Shown piece after piece: positions 1 to 10,211 of a stretch of DNA of 64,000 nucleotides. Both the position numbers and the translations under genes were made by a program. Source of the DNA: Microcoleus sp. Lineage in GTDB: Bacteria > Cyanobacteriota > Cyanobacteriia > Cyanobacteriales > Microcoleaceae. Where the stretch lies: assembly GCA_042408215.1 (NCBI GenBank), contig JAYFMW010000028.1, positions 320,001 through 384,000 on the forward strand, given 5' to 3'. The stretch's first letter is position 1. Each line of letters opens with the position of its first letter. The notes beneath the pieces are model-generated. The model saw only the letters and a program-made list of their open reading frames with translations, searched no databases and was not told where the DNA came from.

Positions 1-771
1 ACAATTCTGGCAGCGATGTTGATGTCAGCACTTGTACCAGTCTATACTTTCTTTATACTGAGAATCAAACTAGATGCCTACAATGCAGCGGCGATCGCAG
101 CCACCTACGGTTCCATCAGTGCGGTAACATTTATAACCGCAACTGCCTTGCTCAAACAACTGGGAATCGACTTTGACGGCTACATGGTAGCAGCCCTAGC
201 ATTAATGGAATCCCCAGCAATTATAGTCGGTCTAATTCTTGTCAGTGTATTCGGTGGCGGGGAAGAAGGAAAACGCGATATAGTTTGGTCAGAAGTGCTG
301 CAAGAATCATTCCTAAACAGTTCAGTATTTCTGCTGATTGGCAGCCTAATTATGGGCATACTAACAGGAGAACACGGTTGGGAAGTGCTAAGCCCTTTTA
401 CTCAAGATTTGTTTTACGGCGTTCTGACTTTTTTCTTGTTGGATATGGGACTGGTAGCAGCCAGCAGAATTAAAGATTTGCAAGAAGCTGGAGTTTTTCT
501 GATCGGTTTTGCAATCCTAATTCCCATAGTTAACGCAGGGGTTGGTTTGCTAATAGCGAAACTAATCGGAATGCCACAGGGAGATTCTCTGTTGTTTTGC
601 GTATTGTGCGCGAGTGCTTCTTACATAGCAGTGCCCGCAGCCATGCGCCTAACTGTTCCCGAAGCTAACCCAAGTCTTTACATTTCAACGGCCTTAGCAG
701 TGACGTTTCCGTTTAACATCATTGTAGGCATTCCCATGTATCTATACGCAATCAATATATTTTGGAGGTGA
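1..771 (+). CDS. sbtA: Sodium-dependent bicarbonate transport family permease (SbtA-like, DUF897), 5'-truncated by window edge
   Basis: Multi-TM protein with AATYGSISAVTF, MESPAI, SASYIAVPAA and TFPFNI motifs; frame open to position 1; followed by a P-II-like gene. Confidence 0.85.
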   Translation, partial: TILAAMLMSALVPVYTFFILRIKLDAYNAAAIAATYGSISAVTFITATALLKQLGIDFDGYMVAALALMESPAIIVGLILVSVFGGGEEGKRDIVWSEVLQESFLNSSVFLLIGSLIMGILTGEHGWEVLSPFTQDLFYGVLTFFLLDMGLVAASRIKDLQEAGVFLIGFAILIPIVNAGVGLLIAKLIGMPQGDSLLFCVLCASASYIAVPAAMRLTVPEANPSLYISTALAVTFPFNIIVGIPMYLYAINIFWR

Positions 772-772
772 G

Positions 773-1084
773 ATGATGGATTCAGTCAAAAGGATAGAAA
801 TCATAGCCCACTCCGTGGAGCTAGGCAAGATTTTAGATGGTTTAGACAAAGCTGGCGTACCCAATTATTCGGTGATTCATGATGTCGCTGGAAAGAGTAC
901 CAGGGATCACGTTTCCCGCGATTCATCTATGACGACGCTGGATAACATTTATGTGATTGCTTTTTGTGCTCCCGATCAAGTATCAGCAGTTGCAGAAAAG
1001 ATTAGACCAGTTCTCAATAAGTTTGGTGGGTCGTGTTTTATTTCAGATGCGGTGGAATTGCTAATTACTAGGTGTGTTGGGTAG
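773..1084 (+). CDS. sbtB: P-II family regulator (SbtB-like)
   Basis: 103 aa, KRIEII...NYSVIHDVAGK...GGSCFISDA, directly downstream of sbtA. Confidence 0.8.
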   Translation: MMDSVKRIEIIAHSVELGKILDGLDKAGVPNYSVIHDVAGKSTRDHVSRDSSMTTLDNIYVIAFCAPDQVSAVAEKIRPVLNKFGGSCFISDAVELLITRCVG

Positions 1085-1240
1085 TCATTAGTCATTAGTC
1101 ATTAGTCATTAGTCATTAGTCATTAGTCATTGGTTATTGGTTATTGGTTATTGGTTATTGGTTATTGGTCATTAGTCATTAGTCATTAGTCATTAGTCAT
1201 TAGTCATTGGTTATGGGTTATGGGTTATTGGTTGTTGGTA
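1082..1240. repeat. Heptamer tandem repeat array (GTCATTA/GTTATTG), STRR type
   Basis: About 20 tandem 7-mers visible. Confidence 0.95.
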
Positions 1241-1285
1241 GTAAACAAGAAAGATTAATAAATGACTTTGAAGTTGAAACCGATC

Positions 1286-1636
1286 AATTCCCAATTCCCA
1301 ATTCCCAATTACGAATTACGAATTACGAATTACCAATTACGAATTCCCAATGACCAATTACGAATTACGAATTCCCAATGACCAATGACCAATTACGAAT
1401 TCCCAATGACCAATGACCAATGACGAATTACCAATGACGAATTACCAATTCCCAATCACCAATTCCCAATGACCAATTCCCAATGACCAATTCCCAATGA
1501 CCAATTCCCAATGACCAATTCCCAATGACCAATTCCCAATTCCCAATTCCCAATTCCCAATTACGAATTCCCAATTACGAATTCCCAATTCCCAATTACG
1601 AATTCCCAATTCCCAATTCCCAATTCCCAATTCCCA
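1286..1636. repeat. Heptamer tandem repeat array (CCAATTC/CCAATGA/CGAATTA), STRR type
   Basis: About 50 tandem 7-mer variants. Confidence 0.95.
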
Positions 1637-1768
1637 GTACCAGGTAAAATTTCAGAATTCTTAAGATATAAAAAAGATTAAGTTGCACCAATGGGTTGCC
1701 GTGCTACATTCTAACGCACAAGTTGCGATAGCGCGATCGAGATAGCGATATTTTCAAGAGGAGTTTAA

Positions 1769-2803
<1,035 letters not shown>

Positions 2804-2978
2804 TTTTTTGTGGGGTGGGCATTTGGGGCGGGCTAGGAATGCCCACCCCACAAGCAGATTTCTATGATTTTGTGGAACTGGCATCTTGCCCGTTTCTGAG
2901 AATGCTATAGCAACCTTCTCAGTAATTAGAACGTTTTTAATTGCTGAAACCATTGATTTTATTTCATCTTCCTTCTTT

Positions 2979-3137
2979 CCCAATTCCCCCCAATTCCCAA
3001 TTCCCAATTCCCAATTCCCAATTCCCAATTCCCAATTCCCAATTCCCAATTCCCAATTCCCAATTCCCAATTCCCAATTCCCAATTCCCAATTCCCAATT
3101 CCCAATTCCCAATTCCCAATTCCCAATTCCCAATTCC
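2979..3137. repeat. STRR array (CCAATTC)n
   Basis: About 21 near-perfect tandem copies. Confidence 0.97.
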
Positions 3138-3146
3138 TTCTTTCAT

Positions 3147-3512
3147 ATGTCTGAATTACCACCTCTCAATCACGAAACTATTTGGGCTATCCTCAACGAA
3201 GAAATCGACGATGCCGCTGTCAATCGGTTAGTTTGGCAATATTTGGGCTACCGTTGCGATGCAGAGACTGGGCTGTGGAACAGTGCAAATGTTGCCCAGG
3301 AGTGGTGCAAAGACTATCCTGAACCGCCGGATTTCATTGATTCTCGGCCCGCAACGGTGAAATTGACTCGATCGATCATTCCAGAAAACAAGCAGTTGCT
3401 GAAGGAAAAATTGGGCTTTAAAGGCTATAAAATTGGGGAATTCGGGCCAAGACAGACTCGCAGGGCGACGATGGCTAATTGGTTAATGGGTTTTCTGGAA
3501 GTTGAAAGCTAG
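3147..3512 (+). CDS. DUF1823 family protein
   Basis: ATG at 3147 after the repeat; [32 protein letters not shown] resemble the conserved cyanobacterial family. Confidence 0.8.
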   Translation: MSELPPLNHETIWAILNEEIDDAAVNRLVWQYLGYRCDAETGLWNSANVAQEWCKDYPEPPDFIDSRPATVKLTRSIIPENKQLLKEKLGFKGYKIGEFGPRQTRRATMANWLMGFLEVES

Positions 3513-3554
3513 AATCTGAAATCTCAAATTGACTGAGATCCGGCTGTTGTTTGA

Positions 3555-3809
3555 ACTGGCGGCGGTTCGCAAAAAACCAAAGCCACGGTTCAAATTGATC
3601 TGGGGTTAATTGGTACGGCTTCAGGAGAAATTCTTGCCACCGCCAAAGCAGTAGGAGAAGCAGATCAAAGCGATTCTAACATCTCGATTAGGGGAATCAG
3701 TGGCAATTGGGGCCGCAACAATGAGGATACACTTTTGAGCGCGGCAGTTGACAAAGCAGTCGGTCAAATGGTAACAAAACTTGCTGAAGTTGCGAAGAAA
3801 TTGCCTTAA
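3555..3809 (+). pseudogene. C-terminal fragment of a CsgG/HfaB-like protein
   Basis: Startless frame GGGSQKTKATVQIDLGLIGTASGEILATAKAVGEA...LLSAAVDKAVGQMV ending TAA 3809; in-frame stop at 3552. Confidence 0.55.
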
Positions 3810-3820
3810 TGTTATCGGTT

Positions 3821-4012
3821 TGGCGGGGGCGGGTTGATGTAGATTTTTGGTGGGAATTAAATATTACGGGTGAAACCCGCCCCTACAAAATCTGGTTTTT
3901 TTCCTCACAAACACGCTAGAAATCTCACTCTACATTGGTCGCGCTCTTGTAGGGGCGGGTTTTACAAACAATCATTGCTGAAAACCAATAATATAGTAAA
4001 CCCGCCGCCACC
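3821..4012. repeat. REP-like GGGGCGGGTT...AAACCCGCCC doublets
   Basis: Two inverted-repeat pairs; same motif at 29338-29398 and 43080-43250. Confidence 0.7.
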
Positions 4013-4041
4013 CAACTGGATTATATGTGACCAATTACCAA

Positions 4042-6351
4042 TTAATTAGCATTTGGATTGGAGTCATAATCAACGCATTTTCCCTGTTGATTAGGGTTTG
4101 GGGCTGGGTTATAGACTACCTGATCGACAGCATCTTTTTCTTGAATCCATCCGATTTCCCCCGGTTGCAGCTTGGCGATTTCTACTGCAACTGTTGGCTT
4201 AACTGCGGGGGAAGGTGAGGGAGTGGTAACAGCGGGAGAGCGATCGGTTTCTGGTTTTGCAACTACTGAAAAATCTTTATTTTGCTGAGACTTGGGAGAA
4301 GTCGATCGCGCTTTTTCAGGAATCGAACAAACTTTCAATTCCAACCAGTTACCTTGAGGTGTCAACTGTTTGTTTGTTACCTGCAAAACGCTGCCGGCAA
4401 TCACTGTTCCTTTCACTGTCAACTGACCGATTTCGCCGTGCAAATCCAAGCGAGCGCCTGCTTTTTCTAATTCCCCGATCGCAGAACTTTTAATTTCTAC
4501 AAACGAGCCTTTTTCTAAAGATTGAACAGGCTCAGGTAAAGTTTCATCCGTTGTCGGCGGGCTGCTTTCAGCATGGATTTTACCGTAACCGAAAATCGAC
4601 TCACCGGCAGCATCGATCGCTCGACCTACCGGAGGGATGAAAAAATAAGCAAATACTCCCCCCAAACCTAATAAAAATACAATTTTTAGCAACAGCGCCA
4701 AGGGACTTTTGCTTGGGTCTGCTAGCTCTATAAACAGCGTTCTGAGTAGAGAATTAGTATCGCCCAGACCTGTGCGATCGGTCAAATCGGTTGGCAGATC
4801 CTCGCTGTCAGCAATTGGTTCGATCGGCAAATCTAAAGGTGCGACGGACAATTCTGTGAAAGTATTGCCTTCCTCTCTCAAATGTGCCTGACAGTGAATT
4901 AAAGCCACGGTTACATTGTCGTGACCATTTTTAGTATTAGCAAGATCGATCAAGCGATCGCGCGCTGCGGCAACATCAATGGTACCGTCAAGAATGGGCA
5001 AAATCTCCGTTTCCCAGCATTCCTCAACCCGGTCTTTATCGCTCAAACCGTCGGAACACAACAGCAAAACGCAGTCTTCATCCACTGCAAAACGCTGCAC
5101 AGTTGGGTGCAGAGTGTTTGAAGAAGTAATCCCCAAAGCTTGAATCAGAGCACCCGCAGCCACCTGTTCCAAAGCGTCTCGGTAGAGTGCGTAGCCCAAA
5201 CGCACCTCGCGACAAGCCACATCGTCATCAAGAGTCACTTGATAGCAGCCGGTGCGGGTAATCCAATAAGCCCGACTGTCTCCGACGTGGGCAACATAGA
5301 GTTCATGGAGGTGGGCTAAAGCCATCACCAGGGTAGTTCCCATCCGCTGGCGGCCTTGGCGGTGCTCGCTATCGTTACGACTAGAGATGGCGTCGTTAGC
5401 AGCACAAGCCGATCGTTCCAGCTTGGAAATCAGGCTCAGCGGATCGTCAATATCCTTGTGCAGCACCACTTGCTGCAACTTGTCCAGGAGCACAGAAATC
5501 GCTAATTCCGAAGCGACTTCGCCGCCGTCTTGTCCGCCGATACCGTCACAGACGATCGCGCAAGCGTCCGCTCCCGGATAGCCGGCGAACACTGTGCCAC
5601 TGGGTGGGTAACAAGCATCTTCGTTGTGGGCGCGCGATCGACCTACATCAGTGCCCGTGGCAATCTCCACGGTGCGATCGTACCATAGGCCGCACTTTGC
5701 CAGAGCTTGATCCAACTGGCCCATCAGTTGTTCGCCGTTGCGGATCTGACCGGCCACCATTTGCAGGCACAGTTGTCTCAAAAAATTGGCGATCGCCGGG
5801 TGAGCTTCGGGCACCCACTGCTGCCACAACTTGCCCAACATCGACAAATTAGGTGGTTTGCGATCGGGCTGCAACTCCAGAAACCGCACCACAGGCCCTT
5901 CCACCCGCAGCAATTCGGGAGTCAGTAGAGTCGAAGCCACGCCCTGAGTAATAAAGGGCTGCCACAACTGAGCAATTTGCCACAGCCAATTAAGCTGGCG
6001 CATCGCCGAGGATCCTTTCCACGAGTCCGCCAATTCCGGCATCAACGATTCGCTAACCTTGAAAATTGGCCCGTTTTCCAGTAGCCAGATATCCCCCGAA
6101 AGCTTGCTCGCCTTGGACGATACCAGCCCGTATACTTGGGGTACGTGCAATTGATAGGCAAACAGTCTCAGATAAGGAGTTAAAAAGTTCGGAATCTCTT
6201 CGGGCAGTTCCGGCAACTGTTCGGGTTGATTATCGACTAGAAGCCGATCGCGCTTAAGCAAGTAGCGACCGGCGATCAGATCGCCCGGTTTACAGGCTTT
6301 TATCCCTTCACCTAAAGCCCATAAGTAATGTTTTGGCACAGAGTTTTGCAT
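4042..6351 (-). CDS. PP2C-family Ser/Thr phosphatase with N-terminal extension and C-terminal TM segment
   Basis: TDVGRSRAHNED, VCDGIGG, MGTT, HVGDSRAY, CSDGL, GHDNVT motifs. Confidence 0.92.
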   Translation of the reverse strand: MQNSVPKHYLWALGEGIKACKPGDLIAGRYLLKRDRLLVDNQPEQLPELPEEIPNFLTPYLRLFAYQLHVPQVYGLVSSKASKLSGDIWLLENGPIFKVSESLMPELADSWKGSSAMRQLNWLWQIAQLWQPFITQGVASTLLTPELLRVEGPVVRFLELQPDRKPPNLSMLGKLWQQWVPEAHPAIANFLRQLCLQMVAGQIRNGEQLMGQLDQALAKCGLWYDRTVEIATGTDVGRSRAHNEDACYPPSGTVFAGYPGADACAIVCDGIGGQDGGEVASELAISVLLDKLQQVVLHKDIDDPLSLISKLERSACAANDAISSRNDSEHRQGRQRMGTTLVMALAHLHELYVAHVGDSRAYWITRTGCYQVTLDDDVACREVRLGYALYRDALEQVAAGALIQALGITSSNTLHPTVQRFAVDEDCVLLLCSDGLSDKDRVEECWETEILPILDGTIDVAAARDRLIDLANTKNGHDNVTVALIHCQAHLREEGNTFTELSVAPLDLPIEPIADSEDLPTDLTDRTGLGDTNSLLRTLFIELADPSKSPLALLLKIVFLLGLGGVFAYFFIPPVGRAIDAAGESIFGYGKIHAESSPPTTDETLPEPVQSLEKGSFVEIKSSAIGELEKAGARLDLHGEIGQLTVKGTVIAGSVLQVTNKQLTPQGNWLELKVCSIPEKARSTSPKSQQNKDFSVVAKPETDRSPAVTTPSPSPAVKPTVAVEIAKLQPGEIGWIQEKDAVDQVVYNPAPNPNQQGKCVDYDSNPNAN

Positions 6352-6614
6352 AAGGGTTCCTAGACGCTTTTGGGCCCAGTGCCGATCTGAACTATTTTAG
6401 TTAGACAGGCGGGAATCCCCAGCCCATAATCTTTGATTTGGGGTGGGATGAGAGCCGCGCGAGGTGACGAGGGATCCTCACCGCGATGTTGGGCATAGCC
6501 AACCAGCATTCTTTGGATGGCGACGAGACGAGCACTCATTGTAATAATTCTGGTAAAATACTCATATATTGGATCGCAGAATAACAATCTAGGTCTAGAT
6601 AAAACAGCTTTTAT

Positions 6615-6922
6615 GTGACAAGTGGGGCGGGACCTGTTCCTCACTATAAAACGCCGTAGAGGGAAACGATGGGAGTACCTTGAAGGAAGATCTTGATATC
6701 CACAGGCGGGACTCAGATGCCTACAACATACCGCTTGCGGTTGGTGTAGGAGCGTCACCGCTTGAACCTCGACGGAATGTCTTGTACTGACAAGCGCTAT
6801 TTTACCACGCCAAAACACTGTGTTCACATGATTCGGCACGATCGGTAAATCAAGGCTGGATTTATCCTGCAACTACCTGTCATCCCTGGACTCAATTCGA
6901 GGGGGTTTTCAGGCTATTCTTG
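6615..6922 (-). mobile_element. Non-autonomous ORF-less IS200/IS605-like mini-element
   Basis: Minus strand: left-end-like CAAGAATAGCCTGAAAACCCCC...GGGATGA, TGGTAAAAT extended -10, non-coding body, terminus TGTCAC. Confidence 0.55.
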
Positions 6923-6930
6923 ATAATTTA

Positions 6931-7096
6931 TACCAGTTTTTTATGAGGCCCCGTAGAATCTGATCCCCCCTAACCCCCCTTAATAAGGGGGGAACAAGAT
7001 TCTGCTCTTTCGTCACCCCCTACTCACACCCTACTCCCTTATTAAGGGGGATGCGAGGGGGATCGAGATATATGCAACGACCCATTAAATTGGTAT
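6931..7096 (+). mobile_element. 166-bp IS630-type MITE (TACCA...TGGTAT, TA flanks)
   Basis: Near-identical inverted copy at 43371-43536; related copy at 21439-21596; ends resemble the IS630 end at 60223. Confidence 0.85.
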
Positions 7097-7210
7097 TACT
7101 GGTTAATAATGCCAATTTACGAAGAAATCGCAGCGGTCAAGCGGTTGAAGATTTGAGACTCCTGCTCATGGTACGATGGAGGTGCGTAGAAATCACCAGA
7201 GTCGGCTGGT

Positions 7211-7520
7211 TTGACACTCCTCGACCTTAAGGCACGAGGATTCTTAAGACATTTCAGTCTTAATATCCCTATTTCTAGGGTTCCTTTCGCTGACCACGTT
7301 TGCACAAAAATGTGTGTAGTCAGATCTCCTCAAAAGTGTTTTGGGCGTATACTTTCCCCCAGTCCAGGGGTAGGTTTTTAAATCTTGTCTGATGCCCTTA
7401 CTATACCACACAGGGGTGGGTGCGTGGATATGTCTACCCAACTCCATGCGGATTTCTGACGGAGCAGGAGTCGTAGAAAAAGCCATCCTATAAGGACGGG
7501 GTTTTCAACCCAATTTTCTG
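7211..7520 (-). mobile_element. Non-autonomous ORF-less IS200/IS605 mini-element
   Basis: Right end AAGAATCCTCGTGCCTTAAGGTCGAGGAGTGTCAA differs by one base from the tnpB element end at about 55613-55647; left-end hairpin CCCCGTCCTTATAGGATGG resembles 54280-54300. Confidence 0.85.
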
Positions 7521-7623
7521 ATAAATTCCCCCTGTTGTCGATCGGGCGCTCCGTGCATCGTGCCTGAGTTTCGCAAGTCAAGTTTAAGATCACCCGCCTC
7601 TGCAAGCAGTTGAGTTCCTAGCC

Positions 7624-7959
7624 ATGCCCCTCAAGGATTCCAGCGCCTTTCCCGAAAATTTTCCAGACCCGAAACTTCCTGCCGCCATTGAGGTAGACGA
7701 AATGCTGACCAGGATTAAGCATTCTCACGGTCATTACTACAAAGTGATGAATCTTGAGGTTTGGGCGCTTGTGGAAACGCTCGATCAGCTATTTCCGGGC
7801 GCTTGGGGTCGCTTCATGGCTAACCGCCAGCTTGCGGTGAAACAGTTTTTGCAGCGCAAGGGCGATCTCAAAGGTTCAGTTGAAGCTGAGGATGTGGAGG
7901 AGAAGGAAGAAGCAAGAAGCAAGAAGCAAGAAGCAAGAAGCAAGAAGCAAGAAGAATAA
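7624..7959 (+). CDS. Hypothetical protein; C-terminus runs into an AAGCAAG heptamer repeat
   Basis: 111-aa ORF with plausible composition (WALVETLDQLFPGAWGRFMANRQ). Confidence 0.65.
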   Translation: MPLKDSSAFPENFPDPKLPAAIEVDEMLTRIKHSHGHYYKVMNLEVWALVETLDQLFPGAWGRFMANRQLAVKQFLQRKGDLKGSVEAEDVEEKEEARSKKQEARSKKQEE

Positions 7960-7996
7960 AAGCAGATTTGGCCCAATTCTCCCCATTTCCCCCTCT

Positions 7997-8442
7997 TGTT
8001 TGTATCGAAGTCTAGATCCCTCTCGCATCCCCCTTCCCAAGGGGAGTAGGGGGTGACGAAACAGAATACTCTTGTCCCCCCTCGTTGGTATCGAAGTCTA
8101 GAGCCCCCTCCCATCCCCTTGAATCAGGGGAGTAGGGGTTGACGAAACAGAATACTCTTGTCCTCTCGTTGGTATCGAAGTCTAGATCCCCCTCCCATCC
8201 CCCTGATAGTCGGGGAGTAGGGGTTGACGAAACAGAATACTCTTGTCCCCCCTCGTTGGTATCGAAGTCTAGATCCCCCTCCCATCCCCCTGAATCAGGG
8301 GAGTAGGGGTTGACGAAACAGAATACTCTTGTCCCACCCCCTACTCCCCTTCTTAAGGGGGAGTAGGGGGCAAGAATGCGGGGGGATCGAAACTCGGCTA
8401 CAAGCGAGATATACAGAGGGCTTTAGTCTTAAGTTGGCACCA
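7997..8442. repeat. Four tandem ~86-bp units of a C/G-run palindromic repeat, ending in MITE terminus CTTAAGTTGGCACCA
   Basis: GTATCGAAGTCTAGA recurs near 8002, 8088, 8172, 8259. Confidence 0.9.
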
Positions 8443-8480
8443 ATACCCCTCTCCTACTCTGCCGATCGCCCGATCGCAGC

Positions 8481-8825
8481 TTACAGATGAATTTTCGCAT
8501 CAACTTGAGGCAATCCCATGCTGTAATTGACAGCGCGGCTATTGAGGTTGTAGCTGATTTGGCCTTTCTGTAAGAACGATCGCACCAAATGCTCCAATTC
8601 CGAACCAATGCGGCGGAGGTTGTACTCAGTCAAGTCTTCGCCCTCGTAGGAATCTACAAGTTCATCGAATTTGGCATAAACCTGTTTGACTGACTCGTCA
8701 TTCCAGTTGAGTTCGTTATCTGGGTCAATGTCCAGTGTCAAAAGATCGTTGCTGGGTACGAGTTCGTTGTGTTCGAGGATGGCGGTATATATGCGAATAT
8801 GGCGGGTTGTGGACTTGAGCTGCAT
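8481..8825 (-). CDS. ndhM: NAD(P)H-quinone oxidoreductase subunit M
   Basis: LKSTTRHIRIY, LDIDPDNE, LTEYNLRRIGSELEH, NYSMGLP; start taken at ATG 8825. Confidence 0.95.
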   Translation of the reverse strand: MQLKSTTRHIRIYTAILEHNELVPSNDLLTLDIDPDNELNWNDESVKQVYAKFDELVDSYEGEDLTEYNLRRIGSELEHLVRSFLQKGQISYNLNSRAVNYSMGLPQVDAKIHL

Positions 8826-8902
8826 AAGTTCTCGATCTGTAAAGATTTTTTTGCTGAACTTATTGTAGTTGCTTCCAGAGGCGCGGGGAGAACGGGCGAT
8901 CG

Positions 8903-9424
8903 TCAATTTCTCGGAATCCCGAAATATTTTAGTTGTTCGGCCGTCCAATTTTTGTAATATTCAGTTTTCAGTAAAGAATCGGAAGCTGGCTTCAGCGTAG
9001 AATTTACTTGAACAGTGAAACCCGGATAGGGCATCCTCCTAGTATGAAGCCCGTCAATATTAAAATCTTCATCGGGATGAACGTGAAAAGCCAGCAAACC
9101 CAGCTCTGAAATATTATTATTGAGTTTTTCTATTAATGCTTGAGTTTGCGGTGCACTAATTGCTGTTTTTTCAGGATTAATGACTAACATTATTTCCAAA
9201 TCGGAATTGTAAAATTCATAAATCGATTGCATTATGGCAGAATTGCGATCGAACTCAGTCAGCGCTGAAAACCGCTCGATTTTGAATAAAATTTGATTTG
9301 CCAACCGTGCCTTTTTAGCGAAGGGACAAACTGGTAAATCGCTGAAATTTGGATGCGGTAACTCGACAAACTCCGTCATCCATCTGAGGGTAGACTCTAT
9401 AATTTCCGTGTTAGATTCATTCAT
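8903..9424 (-). CDS. DUF1415-like hypothetical protein
   Basis: LPVCPFAKKAR and FHVHPD...RRMPYP motifs. Confidence 0.6.
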   Translation of the reverse strand: MNESNTEIIESTLRWMTEFVELPHPNFSDLPVCPFAKKARLANQILFKIERFSALTEFDRNSAIMQSIYEFYNSDLEIMLVINPEKTAISAPQTQALIEKLNNNISELGLLAFHVHPDEDFNIDGLHTRRMPYPGFTVQVNSTLKPASDSLLKTEYYKNWTAEQLKYFGIPRN

Positions 9425-9493
9425 CAAAAATCTATGTATTTGACATTTCACACTAATCATAATCTATTTCTAGGGCGATGCACATCTCACCAT

Positions 9494-10185
9494 TGGTGTC
9501 AACTTAAGACTGAAATCCACGATGAATGTCGCTTGTCGTCGAGTCTCGATCCCCCTAAATCCCCCTTAAGAAGGGGAGTAGGGGTTGACTTTGAGAATGC
9601 TCTTGTCCCCCCCTTCTTAAGGGGGGCTAGGGGGGATCTCCGGGTTTAAAAACACACCCTATTCCTTCCATTTCTAAGGGAATTTGAATTCTCTTGTCCC
9701 ACCCCCTACTCCCCTTGTGTTTTGGGGGGCTAGGGGTGATCTCCGGGTTTAAAAACACACCCTATTCCTTCCATTGCTAAGGGAATTTGAATTCTCTTGT
9801 CCCACCCCCTACTCCCCTTGTGTTTTGGGGGGCTAGGGGGGATCTCCGGGTTTAAAAACACACCCCATTCCTTCCATTGCTAAGGGAATTTGAATTCTCT
9901 TGTCCCACCCCCTACTCCCCTTGTGTTTTGGGGGGTTAGGGGGGATCTCCGGGTCAAGAAAACACGCCCTATTCCTTCCATTGCTAAGGGAATTTGAATT
10001 CTCTTGTCCCACCCCCTACTCCCCTTGTGTTTTGGGGGGCTAGGGGGGATCTCCGGGTTTAAAAACACACCCCATTCCTTCCATTGCTACGGGAATTTGA
10101 ATTCTCTTGTCCCCCCCTTGTTAAGGGGGGCTAGGGGCGGATCTCCGGGTTTAAAAGCACACCCTAGTCCTTCCATTGCTAAGGA
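9494..10185. repeat. MITE terminus (TGGTGTCAACTTAAG) followed by five tandem ~103-bp units
   Basis: GATCTCC recurs at 9635, 9738, 9841, 9944, 10048, 10140. Confidence 0.9.
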
Positions 10186-10211
10186 CTAAAGTCCTGACTA
10201 CAAACATTAAT

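Noticed and set aside
1442..1630. ORF of WELGIGN repeats
   Set aside because: Translation of an STRR heptamer array
6360..6872. 170-aa minus-strand ORF
   Set aside because: No recognisable motifs; overlaps a mini-element and the PP2C upstream region
8826..8948. N-terminal extension of ndhM in the ORF track
   Set aside because: Overlaps the upstream gene; NdhM similarity starts at MQLKSTT
7997..10185. Long tandem repeats as possible CRISPR arrays
   Set aside because: Units of 86 and 103 bp are contiguous with no unique spacers; no cas genes seen
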